Made by a program: the position numbers and the translations under genes
The notes under the pieces: generated by a model
Told to the model about the DNA's origin: nothing
Seen by the model: only the letters and a program-made list of their open reading frames with translations
Databases searched by the model: none
Source: Pirellulales bacterium
GTDB lineage: Bacteria > Planctomycetota > Planctomycetia > Pirellulales > JACPPG01
Direction: 5' to 3'
Length of the DNA stretch: 64,000 bases
Assembly (NCBI GenBank): GCA_035546535.1
Contig: DASZWQ010000087.1
Coordinates: 26,189-90,188 of the forward strand
Part shown: piece after piece, positions 38,242 through 46,107 of the stretch
Position numbering within the stretch: position 1 is the first letter of the stretch
Layout of the letters: every line of letters starts with the position of its first letter

Positions 38242-38766
38242 ATGCCCCCGACCGACACGCGGATCGCTGTGTACACCGGGTCGTTCGATCCGATCACGCT
38301 CGGACACCTGAACGTCATCGAGCGCGCCAGCCGACTGGTCGATCGGCTGATCGTGGGGATCGGCATCAACGCCGGCAAGGACCCGCTGTTTACGTTGGAA
38401 GAGCGCGAGGCGCTCGTGCGACGCGTGACCGCGCACATCCCTAACGTCGAGGTGCAGGAGTTTTCCGGCCTGGCTGTTCATTTCGTGCGCAAGTGCAACG
38501 CCCGCGTCATGATTCGCGGCGTGCGCCCGCTGACGGATCTCGAGACCGAGATCACGATGATGATGGCCAACCGACAGCTCGATCCGAAGATCGAAACCGT
38601 CGTGCTGTTGGCCGACGCCGAGTTCGCGCACGTCTCCAGCTCGCTGATCAAGCAAATCGCGCCGTTGGCCGACGACGAAGAGTTGGGCCGGTTCGTGCCG
38701 CCGGAAGTGATCGCCGCTCTGCGGCAGAAAATGGATGGCCGGCCGATGCCGTCGCGCGATATTTAG
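38242..38766 (+). CDS. coaD: Pantetheine-phosphate adenylyltransferase
   Basis: AVYTGSFDPITLGHLNVIERA (T/HxGH motif) ...ISSSLIK-like HVSSSLIKQI. Confidence 0.92.
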   Translation: MPPTDTRIAVYTGSFDPITLGHLNVIERASRLVDRLIVGIGINAGKDPLFTLEEREALVRRVTAHIPNVEVQEFSGLAVHFVRKCNARVMIRGVRPLTDLETEITMMMANRQLDPKIETVVLLADAEFAHVSSSLIKQIAPLADDEELGRFVPPEVIAALRQKMDGRPMPSRDI

Positions 38767-38813
38767 CAAGCGCGGCGAATCTCGAAATTTCTGGGTGGCA
38801 ACCTGCGACTTGC

Positions 38814-39443
38814 CTATCTGTCGGCGGAAATCTGCGCCGGCAACTCGGCAAAGTTCCGCAGGATACGCAACCCATCGCTTTGGCTCTTCTCCGGATGAAA
38901 TTGCGTGGCGAAAAGATTGTCGCGCGCAATGGCGGCCGTGAACGGCTGCGGATAATTGGCCTCGGCGGCGATGACCGTGCGATCGTTCGGAACGACGTAG
39001 TAGGAATGAACGAAGTACACGTAGGGCGCACTGGACAGGCCCGCGAACAAGGGTTGCGGCTGGCGAAGCTCCAGTTCGTTCCAGCCCATGTGCGGCACCT
39101 TGAAGCCTTCGCGTGGGGCGAAGCGTACGACTTCGCCGCCCAAGATGCCCAGCCCTTCGTGGCGCCCCCCCTCGTAACTGACCTCGAAGAGAAGCTGCAG
39201 CCCCAGGCAGATGCCCAGGAAGGGCCGGCCTGAGCGCGCCGCCCGGCGCGTGACGTCCGCCAATCCGCGCTCGCGCAGCTCGTGCATGGCGTCGCCAAAG
39301 GCCCCCACGCCCGGCAGCACCACGCGCTCGGCCGCGTCGATCGTGGCTGGGTCGCTGGTGATCACGGCCTCGTGCCCGACCTTTTCGAAGCCCTTCTGCA
39401 CACTGCGCAGGTTGCCCATACCGTAGTCGATGACCGCAATCAT
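38814..39443 (-). CDS. hisH: Imidazole glycerol phosphate synthase, glutamine amidotransferase subunit HisH
   Basis: MIAVIDYGMGNLRSVQKGF...LPGVGAFG...GICLGLQLL...FVHSYY...QFHPEKS. Confidence 0.93.
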   Translation of the reverse strand: MIAVIDYGMGNLRSVQKGFEKVGHEAVITSDPATIDAAERVVLPGVGAFGDAMHELRERGLADVTRRAARSGRPFLGICLGLQLLFEVSYEGGRHEGLGILGGEVVRFAPREGFKVPHMGWNELELRQPQPLFAGLSSAPYVYFVHSYYVVPNDRTVIAAEANYPQPFTAAIARDNLFATQFHPEKSQSDGLRILRNFAELPAQISADR

Positions 39444-39565
39444 TCTCTATCGCGAAAAGTCCAGAAAGCTTGAGAGGAAGGGAATCGCCGGAACCCGCGA
39501 AGCGAACGCGGCAAGTGCCTGCAAGGACAGCCTCCCTCGAGGCCCGGTTCGCCCCGAATACGATT

Positions 39566-40393
39566 CTAGCGTCCCGACGTGCGCTCGGGGTAGATAACGA
39601 GTTCCACGCGGCGATTTCGCTCTTTGCCGGCGGCCGTGCCGTTGGAGACGATCGGATGGTTCGGGCCGTGCCCTACGACGAACAACTGGCCCGGCTGCAG
39701 CCGGGAGCGGAGCGAAACATAGTCGTAGACCGCCAGGGCCTCGCCGATCGAGAGCTGATGGTTGTTTTGCCACTTGCCGGCACTGGCTGAGTCGTTGTCG
39801 GTGTGCCCTTCGATCCCCACGATCTGGTTCGGATACAGCCGTACGATGTCCGCGGCGACGGTATCCAGGAGCGGACTCGCCTCGGGAAGCAGTCGTGCCG
39901 TGCCAGGCGAGAAGAGCCGGGAGCTGGGAATCTCGATCCGCACCACGTCGCCATCGGCGCGGGCTTGGACCCCCGGAATATCGATCGCCGGGAGCTGACT
40001 CTTCAGGCTGTTGTTGGCCGTGATCTTGGCGCCGGCCTGCGGCTTGGCCGAGACGGTCCAGGCCTCGGGCCCGTTGCCTCCAGGCGGCGTTTGTTCTTTG
40101 ACCTTGGCCAGTTGCGACGTGGCGCTACCCAACTGATCCCGGAGTGCCGCCACCTGGTCCTCGAGCAGGCGCGATTGTTGCTGCGACTGGCCGAGCATGG
40201 TCTGCAGCTCTTGATTGTCCTTGTCGAGCGCCAAAGCGCGCGTTTGCAGTTCCGTATTGCGCTGCGCGAGTGCGACTTGCTGCTGCTGCAGGCTTTGCAC
40301 CTGGCTTTGCGCGGTGAGCGAGTTTTGCGCGCAGCCGACCAGCACGGCTAACGGCAAAATCCACGGCCAGCGCACAGCGGCCACGGCTCGCAT
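39566..40393 (-). CDS. OmpA-family lipoprotein with coiled-coil linker
   Basis: Lipobox LAVLVGC, then a Q/L-rich coiled coil. The C-terminal OmpA_C-like domain reads IVGIEGHTDNDS...NHQLSIGEALAV...NRRVELVIY. Confidence 0.85.
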   Translation of the reverse strand: MRAVAAVRWPWILPLAVLVGCAQNSLTAQSQVQSLQQQQVALAQRNTELQTRALALDKDNQELQTMLGQSQQQSRLLEDQVAALRDQLGSATSQLAKVKEQTPPGGNGPEAWTVSAKPQAGAKITANNSLKSQLPAIDIPGVQARADGDVVRIEIPSSRLFSPGTARLLPEASPLLDTVAADIVRLYPNQIVGIEGHTDNDSASAGKWQNNHQLSIGEALAVYDYVSLRSRLQPGQLFVVGHGPNHPIVSNGTAAGKERNRRVELVIYPERTSGR

Positions 40394-40549
40394 GGCGGCC
40401 TACTCCCAGTTAGGTGCAGAAGAGCGATGAGATTGAAGCCGAGGTGCAACGACCGGACGGCCCGCCGCAATGCGCCCGCGTGCGCAAGGGCAACACGAGC
40501 GCAAGAGCGCCGCAGGGACCAATCGGCGAGGGATGGTAGCCTCGGCGAA

Positions 40550-41023
40550 TTAGCGACACAAGGCCAATCGCGCGTCGCTGGGAGAAGCCAGCTCCCGCGC
40601 CAGCATCGCCCCAGCTAGCGTGTCGGTGGCTGGGTATTGGCCATAGAAGCGTTTGATGAAATGACGATGCCACGGCGACGGCGCGTGAGCCTGCCAGCCC
40701 CATCGCGCCAGCAGTCGGTCCGAAATGCGCGCCGTGGTGACGTCGCACAGGATGGCATCGCAGCGCTTCCAGCGGGCCAGCTCGTCCAGGGCGCCCAGAG
40801 CGCCGCGAATCGTGGCCAATGATGTGCCTTGCGCCGACAAGGCATAGTCGACGATCAGAAACTGCCGCAGCCTGCGCGGCTGGCGATAATAGAGCCAGCA
40901 GCGGTCGCCCGTGCGCAGCCGATGGGCAAGCCGGCCCCACAAGCTCACCTCCAACTGAGAGACGCGCCGGGCGAAAAGACGCGGCCGGACGCTCACCAGC
41001 CGCCCGGCGGCCACTTCGATCAT
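40550..41023 (-). CDS. Hypothetical protein
   Basis: 157 aa from ATG 41023 (ORF open to 41092). Same strand as its neighbours. No family recognised. Confidence 0.4.
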   Translation of the reverse strand: MIEVAAGRLVSVRPRLFARRVSQLEVSLWGRLAHRLRTGDRCWLYYRQPRRLRQFLIVDYALSAQGTSLATIRGALGALDELARWKRCDAILCDVTTARISDRLLARWGWQAHAPSPWHRHFIKRFYGQYPATDTLAGAMLARELASPSDARLALCR

Positions 41024-41209
41024 GCCGCACCGGGCGCGCCGGAGACGCGCGGGCGATGGCCGATAATGTGCCGCGTCAGGTGGCGCTGGCATGCCGACGG
41101 GCCTCGCAGAAATGGGAAGTGCCTGTGACCGCGCCTTCGCGCGATCACAGGCCGTTCCACGTCCAAACTTCAGAACGCCGCTCCCTTGTACGTCAGTGGG
41201 CGCCAGGCC

Positions 41210-42268
41210 CTAGTTCGAGGCCGGGCGAGCCGACTCGTGGTGACGCTGCGCGTGCGGCGTCGACGGCTCCCGCTGCGCCGCACGTTCTGGTTGTCCCTCG
41301 TGATCGCGCGGCGATGCTTCCTGCGCCGTGGCTTCGGTCGATGGCTCGTCCGTCGTCTCTTCCTCGTCGAAATACTGCGGTTCGTAGAGCGCGATCCATG
41401 GCTTTTGCGGATCGACGGGCCTGGTGAAATTCACCGCGATGCCGGCCCCCGGCCCGACCTCGACGTTCGTTTCGCGATTCTGTTCCTGCCCATGGTCGTT
41501 CCACACCGTGCGCACGTCGAACTTTTCGGGATGATCGTCGTCGTTGTCGATTTCCGGTGTCAGCAGCACGCGCTGGTTGCCTTCCCCCTGTACGAGCTGC
41601 CCGTTCAAGTAAACCTGGGCGTCCTTGCTCGGAAGCGCCAGATAGATCGCACCGCGAGAGTCGAAGGTGTTGTCTTCCTCTTCTTCGTTCTCCATGCTCG
41701 TGTCATTGGCGGCCAACTGATCGATCGGCGGACGCTGTGCGCTGTTCTGCTGCGTCTCGGCATACGGGTTCTCGATCGGCGCGCCACTGTCGGCCAGCGT
41801 GCTCGCGGCCGGCGTCGTGCTGTTCGGCACTGTATCGGTTGTGTCGTTGGCAAGGTAATTCCCCGTCAAAGGCGCCGAGATCGGCTGATTTGCGCCGTAG
41901 CTCGACCAGCCGCCATACGGAGCGCCCCACGCGCCGAGACCGTAGCCGGCCAAACCCCAGCCGAGGTTCGATCCCCAACCGCCACCCCAGCCGCCCCAGC
42001 CCCCACCCCAGCCACCGCCGTAGCCACCCCAGCCGCCGCCCCCCCAACCGTGGTGCGAGTGGTGGTGGCTGTGATGATGCGAGGCGTGATGGTGGCTATG
42101 GGAATGGTGATGATTGCCATGGTGTCCGCCGTGATGGCCGCCATGATGACCGCCGCCGTGACCTCCGCCATGCCCACCGCCGCGGGCCATGACACGGCCC
42201 GTCGCCACTGCTATCGACAGACCAACCACAGCCACGACAACCAGCGAGCGATGCAATCGCAACGACAT
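41210..42268 (-). CDS. Secreted His-rich / Gly-Trp-repeat protein with a TIGR03000-like C-terminal domain
   Basis: ATG 42268 gives a signal peptide. A poly-His tract (about aa 33-73) is followed by a GGW/GGY tract (about aa 74-123), an acidic linker and a beta-rich segment (AIYLALPSKDAQVYLNGQLV...VEVGPGAGIAVNF). As I recall it, that segment resembles the planctomycete TIGR03000 domain. Confidence 0.7.
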   Translation of the reverse strand: MSLRLHRSLVVVAVVGLSIAVATGRVMARGGGHGGGHGGGHHGGHHGGHHGNHHHSHSHHHASHHHSHHHSHHGWGGGGWGGYGGGWGGGWGGWGGGWGSNLGWGLAGYGLGAWGAPYGGWSSYGANQPISAPLTGNYLANDTTDTVPNSTTPAASTLADSGAPIENPYAETQQNSAQRPPIDQLAANDTSMENEEEEDNTFDSRGAIYLALPSKDAQVYLNGQLVQGEGNQRVLLTPEIDNDDDHPEKFDVRTVWNDHGQEQNRETNVEVGPGAGIAVNFTRPVDPQKPWIALYEPQYFDEEETTDEPSTEATAQEASPRDHEGQPERAAQREPSTPHAQRHHESARPASN

Positions 42269-42554
42269 AGTTCTCACCCTCTGCAAGTAGGACCAGGGAT
42301 ACATCCGCGCGGCCGGGAACGGCACGCGAACTCGTGATGTTCGGAATGCGCCCGCCGAAACCACATCCTGGCCTGCGGGCTCATGGGAAATCTATTTTCC
42401 GTTCCGGCCCCGTGTCGCGCACGGACGATTGCGTCGGCAGGCGAAAACGTGCTCCGGCGGGTCGCCGCACGGAACAATTGCTACAGCCGCGCCAGAGGGC
42501 TTGGCGGCGCCCTGCCCGAGTCGGTTTCCCAGGCTACGAATGACCCGGCGGCGC

Positions 42555-43811
42555 TCATGCGCCCCCCAGGGCTTCGCGAAGGGCTCGCCACACGCGCAGC
42601 ATGACCGCGAGCAATACCAAGCACACGCCAAGCGCCGCGGGCACCAGCCAGGGAACGTCGTAAAGCGGGTTGGCCCAAGCCCACAGCGCGCCCCACTTCA
42701 CGATCACCACCAGCGCGGCGAGGCAAAGAAATGGCCCATAAGGAATGACGTTGTCGCGATAGGCGAACCACTGGATCAAGCCCACGACTAACCCCGCCAG
42801 GGGCGCGAGAAAGAAGACCATCGGGCTGGCCTGCCAGCCGAGAAAGCTGCCGATCATGGCCATGAGCGTGACGTCGCCGAATCCCATCGCCTCGCGCGCG
42901 AGCGCCCAACCGGCGGCGACGCGCACCGCCCAGATCAGCCCGCCGCAGGCGGCCATGCCGACCAACGAGCTCACCAGCCCCAACCAGCGCTCGCCCCCCA
43001 TCGACCACACGACGGTGATGAGCGCAGCGCCGACCAAGCCACAGGCGACCACGATGATGCTCAAGGGATCGCGGCGCCAGCGGGCCAGCATGAGCGACAA
43101 TGCCCGCCGCCAGCCGCGACGCCCGCGCCGCGGCCACGGCAAGAGAGCCACGCACCACAGAAGGAAGCAGAACAACGCCACCAGCAGCCACGCGATCGTC
43201 CCCCGCGGCGCCAGATGCGCGGGCGGATCGTTCGGACTGGCCAAGGTGAGAAATCCAATCATCGGGCCTGCGACGCGCTGCTCGATGACCGGCAACAACG
43301 ACGCGGGTACCGTCACCGCGGCCAACAAACCCAGCAGCGTGCCCGGCACCGTCACGAGGTCAGGAATCGTCTGTTCGTCGATATCCACGAGCGACGCCAC
43401 CAGCATCAAGGTGATCAGCACCAGGTGGCTGATGAATTGGGCGTGCAAGTAGAAGCCGTCGCCCTGCGCCGGGACAAAGCCGAGCGGCGCCAGCGGGCGG
43501 ACCAGCTCCCAGCGATGTACTTCCCAGACATAGAGCGCCGCGAAGGCGAGTCCCAGCAGCAGTTCCACGACCAGCGGCCGCCAGCCACTCGGGCCGGGAT
43601 GGCTGTCCTCCCAGCGCCGCGCCTGCCACGATCCCACGATCGGCAGCCAGGCACGGCGCAGCCTCACATCGCCAGGCGAGGGATGCGCGCCACCGGCCGC
43701 GACGTAGAGCGGCCGTTGCATGGCGACCAACCACCAGGAAAACCAGTTGGCCAATCGCGCAACGCCGGCTCCCACGACAAAAAGCACCATCAATCGCAAG
43801 GGAAGCGGCAT
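42555..43811 (-). CDS. A24-family prepilin peptidase-like membrane protein
   Basis: Multi-TM protein with LVDIDEQTIPD and GFGDVTLMAMIGSFLGW (the two catalytic Asp motifs). It lacks the Cys-rich N-methyltransferase-region motifs. Confidence 0.78.
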   Translation of the reverse strand: MPLPLRLMVLFVVGAGVARLANWFSWWLVAMQRPLYVAAGGAHPSPGDVRLRRAWLPIVGSWQARRWEDSHPGPSGWRPLVVELLLGLAFAALYVWEVHRWELVRPLAPLGFVPAQGDGFYLHAQFISHLVLITLMLVASLVDIDEQTIPDLVTVPGTLLGLLAAVTVPASLLPVIEQRVAGPMIGFLTLASPNDPPAHLAPRGTIAWLLVALFCFLLWCVALLPWPRRGRRGWRRALSLMLARWRRDPLSIIVVACGLVGAALITVVWSMGGERWLGLVSSLVGMAACGGLIWAVRVAAGWALAREAMGFGDVTLMAMIGSFLGWQASPMVFFLAPLAGLVVGLIQWFAYRDNVIPYGPFLCLAALVVIVKWGALWAWANPLYDVPWLVPAALGVCLVLLAVMLRVWRALREALGGA

Positions 43812-43826
43812 AAGAGCCCGAGGCCT

Positions 43827-44375
43827 TTAGCCTCCCTCCGAGCCGCACGAGGCTAGCTGCAAACGATCGATGATCTCGCCAGCGATGTCGCCCGGCTCGC
43901 GATCGTCGGTGGCGACAGTAATCGTGGCCGCCTCTTCGTACAGCGGCGTGCGCTGGGCCAACAATTGGCGGATCTCTTGCTCGCCGCCGGCCAGCAAGTT
44001 GGGCCGCCGCGCGGCGGTCGTCGCATCGGCCGCGATGCGCGCGGCGATCGTCTCGACCTGGGCCGTCAGCCACACCACGGCGCCGGCCGCGGCCAGCGCC
44101 CGACGGTTCTCCGGGCGCAGCACGACTCCGCCGCCGGCGGCGACGATGGTCCGCTCGCGCGCGACCAGCGCGGCGATGACCTGCGATTCCCGATCGCGAA
44201 AGGCCAGTTCCCCCTCGTCGGCGAACTGGGCCGCGATCGACTTGCCGGCACGCAGCTCGACTTCCACGTCGCTATCGCACCAATCCCAGCCCAGGCGCAG
44301 CGCCAACTGTTGAGCGACCGTGGTTTTGCCGGTCCCCCGGTAGCCGATGAGCACGAGGTTTTCGGGCGTGGGCAT
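43827..44375 (-). CDS. aroK: Shikimate kinase
   Basis: LVLIGYRGTGKTTVAQQLA (Walker A) ...DSD...FRDRE...GGG. Confidence 0.88.
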   Translation of the reverse strand: MPTPENLVLIGYRGTGKTTVAQQLALRLGWDWCDSDVEVELRAGKSIAAQFADEGELAFRDRESQVIAALVARERTIVAAGGGVVLRPENRRALAAAGAVVWLTAQVETIAARIAADATTAARRPNLLAGGEQEIRQLLAQRTPLYEEAATITVATDDREPGDIAGEIIDRLQLASCGSEGG

Positions 44376-44475
44376 GCGAGGGGCCAAAGCTGACGAGGAG
44401 ATTTTCGATGTCTGCGAGCGTGCGACGGTATCCGCCGAAATTATAGATCGCCTGCCACACCTTGCGCGGCGGCGA

Positions 44476-45981
44476 TCATGCTTTGGCCGGGCCGATCGTG
44501 CGGCGCAATACCTCGCGCATCAGTTCGGCGGGGGCATCCTGGCCCGTGAACAACTTGAATTGCAAAGCGGCCTGGCGGATGAACATCTCGACGCCGGTCA
44601 CGACCGTGCAACTACGGCTACGCGCGTCTTTGACGAGCAAGGTGCTCTCCGGGTTGTAGACCGTGTCGAAGACGATCATCGCCGGCTTCAGATGGTGCTT
44701 TTCATAGGCCGTTTCGTCGACGTTGGGGTGCATGCCCAGCGGCGTGCAATTGATCAGCACGTCGACCGAGTAGTTGTAGCGGGCCGTCCAGTCGATGGCC
44801 CGGCAGCCAAGGAATTTGGCCAGCGCGTCGGCGCGGGCGCTGGTGCGGCTGGCCAGCGTGACCTCGGCGCCGCGGCGCATGAGGCCGTAAGCGATCGCGC
44901 GGGCTGCCCCGCCCGCCCCCAGCACCAGGGCCGAACGCCCCTGCAAGAAACGTGTGGTGGCCGTCTGTTCGTCCAGTTCCATGGCCGAAGCCAGGCTGTC
45001 CATGGCGGCGCGGTAATCGGTGTTGAAGCCCGACAACTCGCCGTTTTCGAAGAGGATCGTGTTCGCCGCGGCAACTCCTTTGACGGCGCCGTCGATCTTG
45101 CCGAGCCATTTCAGCACCGCTTCCTTGTGCGGGATGGTAACGCTCAGCCCGCGAATGCCGAGTTCGCGCGCGTCGTCGATGAAGCTGCCCAGGTCCTCGC
45201 GCGGGATGCGGAACGGCAGGTAGACCTTGTTCAACTGGGCGCTGCGAAAAGCTGCGTTGTGAATCAACGGGCTGAGGCTGTGGCCGATGGGGTCGCCGAT
45301 GACGCCGTACAGCTCGGTTTCTGCCGTGATATGTTCGTAATCGTAAATCTCGCGCATCTGCTGAAAGCTGAGTTGCCCCGGCGCGAGGGTCCGTTCGTGA
45401 TGGAATGTCGCGTACGTGAAGGGAGAGCCGAAGCGGCCTGCCAAAACGCGCGAGGGAGTGCCGATATCGCCCATGCAGAAGCCGACGGTCGGCTGCTGGC
45501 TCTCGCGCACCAGCCGCAGCATGCGCAGGTTGTCGTGCGGGTGATTGGCCAGCGTGGCCAGCTTGACGATATCGGCGTCGAGCTTCGTAAGCCGCGCGTG
45601 CAACTCGGCCAGGTTATCGGGCGTCTTGCGAAAATCGTGCAGGCTGACGATCCGCTTGGTCTTACCGTAGCGCGGAATCTTGGCGGCGACGTCTTCCTCC
45701 AGGTCGACGTATTCCACGCCTTCGGCGATCGCGGTGCGCAAGAGCATGATCCGCGCCGCCTCTTCGCCGTTGTATTTGCCGCCGTCCTGGGTGCGGCGGA
45801 TCGTGATGATCACCGGCGAGGGGCGATCCGCGAGCACCCGTTTCAAATTGATCTGGCCGTTGATGTAGTCGAGCCGCAGCTCGACGAGCCGCGCCCCCTG
45901 CTCGACCAGGTGCTTATGTTCGGCAATCACGTGGCGATGCCGGCCACGGCCAATGCTGACGCAGATCATGATATTGCCCAC
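44476..45981 (-). CDS. aroDE: Bifunctional type I 3-dehydroquinate dehydratase / shikimate 5-dehydrogenase (AroD-AroE fusion)
   Basis: The N-terminal half is DHQase-I-like (VELRLDY...SLHDF). The C-terminal half is SDH-like (GHSLSPLIHNAAF, VLGAGGAARA). The start is either GTG 45981 or ATG 45969. Confidence 0.88.
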   Translation of the reverse strand: MGNIMICVSIGRGRHRHVIAEHKHLVEQGARLVELRLDYINGQINLKRVLADRPSPVIITIRRTQDGGKYNGEEAARIMLLRTAIAEGVEYVDLEEDVAAKIPRYGKTKRIVSLHDFRKTPDNLAELHARLTKLDADIVKLATLANHPHDNLRMLRLVRESQQPTVGFCMGDIGTPSRVLAGRFGSPFTYATFHHERTLAPGQLSFQQMREIYDYEHITAETELYGVIGDPIGHSLSPLIHNAAFRSAQLNKVYLPFRIPREDLGSFIDDARELGIRGLSVTIPHKEAVLKWLGKIDGAVKGVAAANTILFENGELSGFNTDYRAAMDSLASAMELDEQTATTRFLQGRSALVLGAGGAARAIAYGLMRRGAEVTLASRTSARADALAKFLGCRAIDWTARYNYSVDVLINCTPLGMHPNVDETAYEKHHLKPAMIVFDTVYNPESTLLVKDARSRSCTVVTGVEMFIRQAALQFKLFTGQDAPAELMREVLRRTIGPAKA

Positions 45982-46107
45982 GCGGCGGTAAGGAGAATCG
46001 CTCTAGTATAAGGTGTCGTCCGACAGGAGGCAGGGGCGCACTCGCGGTAGAAGCACGAGTTTCGCCCGGCGGGCGTGGGCGGAATCGCTCTGCGGCGGGA
46101 CGCCGCG

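Noticed and set aside
41186-42337. 383-aa plus-strand ORF opposite the His/Gly-Trp-rich gene.
   Set aside because: The product is Arg/Val/Pro/Ala-rich and mirrors the repeats. The minus-strand frame gives a signal peptide, an SD-like upstream sequence and a conserved-looking beta domain.
46005-46010. TATACT -10-like hexamer upstream of the aroD-aroE fusion (minus strand). The same TATACTAG octamer occurs at 32960.
   Set aside because: No acceptable -35 element lies at 16-18 nt spacing for this copy. I kept only the 32938-32965 candidate, at low confidence.
44347-46011. 554-aa plus-strand ORF opposite aroK and the aroD-aroE fusion.
   Set aside because: It is antisense to two genes with textbook motifs (Walker A, SLSPLIHNAAF, GAGGAARA).
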